DNA of 64,000 nt, taken from positions 64,001 to 128,000 of the forward strand of contig JASGJN010000002.1 of assembly GCA_049840735.1 (NCBI GenBank), in the 5' to 3' direction. The DNA comes from Anaeromyxobacter sp. Lineage in GTDB: Bacteria; Myxococcota; Myxococcia; Myxococcales; Anaeromyxobacteraceae. Position numbers and translations under genes: made by a program. Under the pieces are notes generated by a model. The model saw nothing but the letters and a program-made list of their open reading frames with translations. It did no database searches and was not told the origin of the DNA. Shown one piece after another: positions 63,110-64,000 of the stretch; position 1 is the first letter of the stretch, and each line of letters starts with the position of its first letter.

Positions 63110-63760
63110 CTAGCCCGCCTGCTCCGCCCCGCCCTCGGCGCGGCGCGACAGCAGGTTCTCCAGCCGCAGGGCGTTGAACTCGACCTCGTCGATCATCGAC
63201 TTGGCCTTCGAGGTCAGCAGCAGGTGGGCCACGATGCAGACCACGGCGATGGTGAGGCCGAAGGCCGTGTTGTTCATGGCCTCGGAGATGCCGCGGGAGA
63301 GCATGAGCTGCTTCATCTCCGGGCTGGCGGCGCCCAGGGACTTGAAGGTGCCGATCAGGCCGGTGATGGTGCCGATGAGGCCGACCAGGGTCGCCACGTT
63401 GGCCAGCGACCAGAGCGAGGCGATGCGGCGCGAGATGGAGGGCGTGACCTCGAGGACCGCCTCCTCCAGGGCCCGGGCCACCTCCTGCTCGCCCTTGCCG
63501 GCGCGGGTCAGGCCGGCGCGCACGACGCGCGAGAGGGCGGCCTCGGGGGCGGCGCCGCAGAGCTTCACGGCGCGGTCCACGTTCCCGGAGATGACCAGCT
63601 TCTGGACCTGCTCCATGAACGGACCGGCGTTCAGGTTCAGCCGTCCGACCAGCACGATGCTCCGCTCGATGACGATCGCGACGGCGACCGCGGCGGTGAA
63701 CAGGTTCACCATCATGAACGGGCCGCCCTGCTGGAAGAACTCGGCCAGGCTCTGGAACAT
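63110..63760 (-). CDS. MotA/TolQ/ExbB proton-channel protein
   Basis: GGPFM, ATLVGLIGTITGLI..F, GISEAMNNTAFGL. Confidence 0.92.
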   Translation of the reverse strand: MFQSLAEFFQQGGPFMMVNLFTAAVAVAIVIERSIVLVGRLNLNAGPFMEQVQKLVISGNVDRAVKLCGAAPEAALSRVVRAGLTRAGKGEQEVARALEEAVLEVTPSISRRIASLWSLANVATLVGLIGTITGLIGTFKSLGAASPEMKQLMLSRGISEAMNNTAFGLTIAVVCIVAHLLLTSKAKSMIDEVEFNALRLENLLSRRAEGGAEQAG

Positions 63761-63922
63761 CGCGTCCTCGTCTCGGCTGTGGCGCGGGTGGGGAGGGCGC
63801 ACACCCTGTGTGCGCTGGGCCCGCGTACCGACTGCGGTTTTCGATAGCAGCAGCCCACGGAGGGTGTCAAGCGACCGGGGCGGACAGGCCGCCCCGGCAC
63901 CCCCCTGCGGGCCCACGCAGTC

Positions 63923-64000
63923 TCAGGCCTTCGCGGTGGCCTCGCGCGGCTCGGCCTCGCGCTTGTAGCCGCACTCCTTGTTCGGACAGGCCACGAACGG
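63923..64000 (-). CDS. topA: 3' end of probable DNA topoisomerase I (partial)
   Basis: PFVACPNKECGYKRE zinc-ribbon-like tail; topA commonly precedes trmFO-xerC-hslVU; only 25 residues visible. Confidence 0.55.
   Translation of the reverse strand, partial: PFVACPNKECGYKREAEPREATAKA

Overview
Very GC-rich chromosomal window, most likely from an Anaeromyxobacter-like member of Myxococcota (inferred from gene content and order). It appears to be an imperfectly polished long-read assembly: many genes carry single-base frameshifts, a conspicuous share of them at or next to GATC motifs. Left half (cysK, desaturase, tRNA-Glu, then ~2.1-31.7 kb of accessory DNA): a starch-degradation set made of two inverted GH13 alpha-amylase lipoproteins, a tandem-CBM21 protein and a large GH119-like enzyme, with shared FN3/CBM tails. 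This set surrounds a sigma54-preceded assimilatory nitrate/nitrite reduction operon with siroheme-pathway genes and a GAF hybrid kinase. Right half: mostly conserved backbone (ABC exporter, metF, greB, engB, coaE, MaoC pair, Hsp70/J-TPR, argF, argD, hslUV, xerC, AglU-like lipoprotein, trmFO, DksA-like, TolQ/ExbD/ExbD, 3' end of topA). Two insertions stand out. (i) An HNH endonuclease gene with an upstream array of ~9.7 copies of a 41-bp non-coding repeat, whose core recurs at the gene's 3' end and, inverted, in its leader; this is the best candidate for an undescribed system. (ii) An orphan decaheme OmcA/MtrC-type lipoprotein with a collagen-like stalk and three 4-Cys inserts. All calls come from reading the sequence; no database searches were run.
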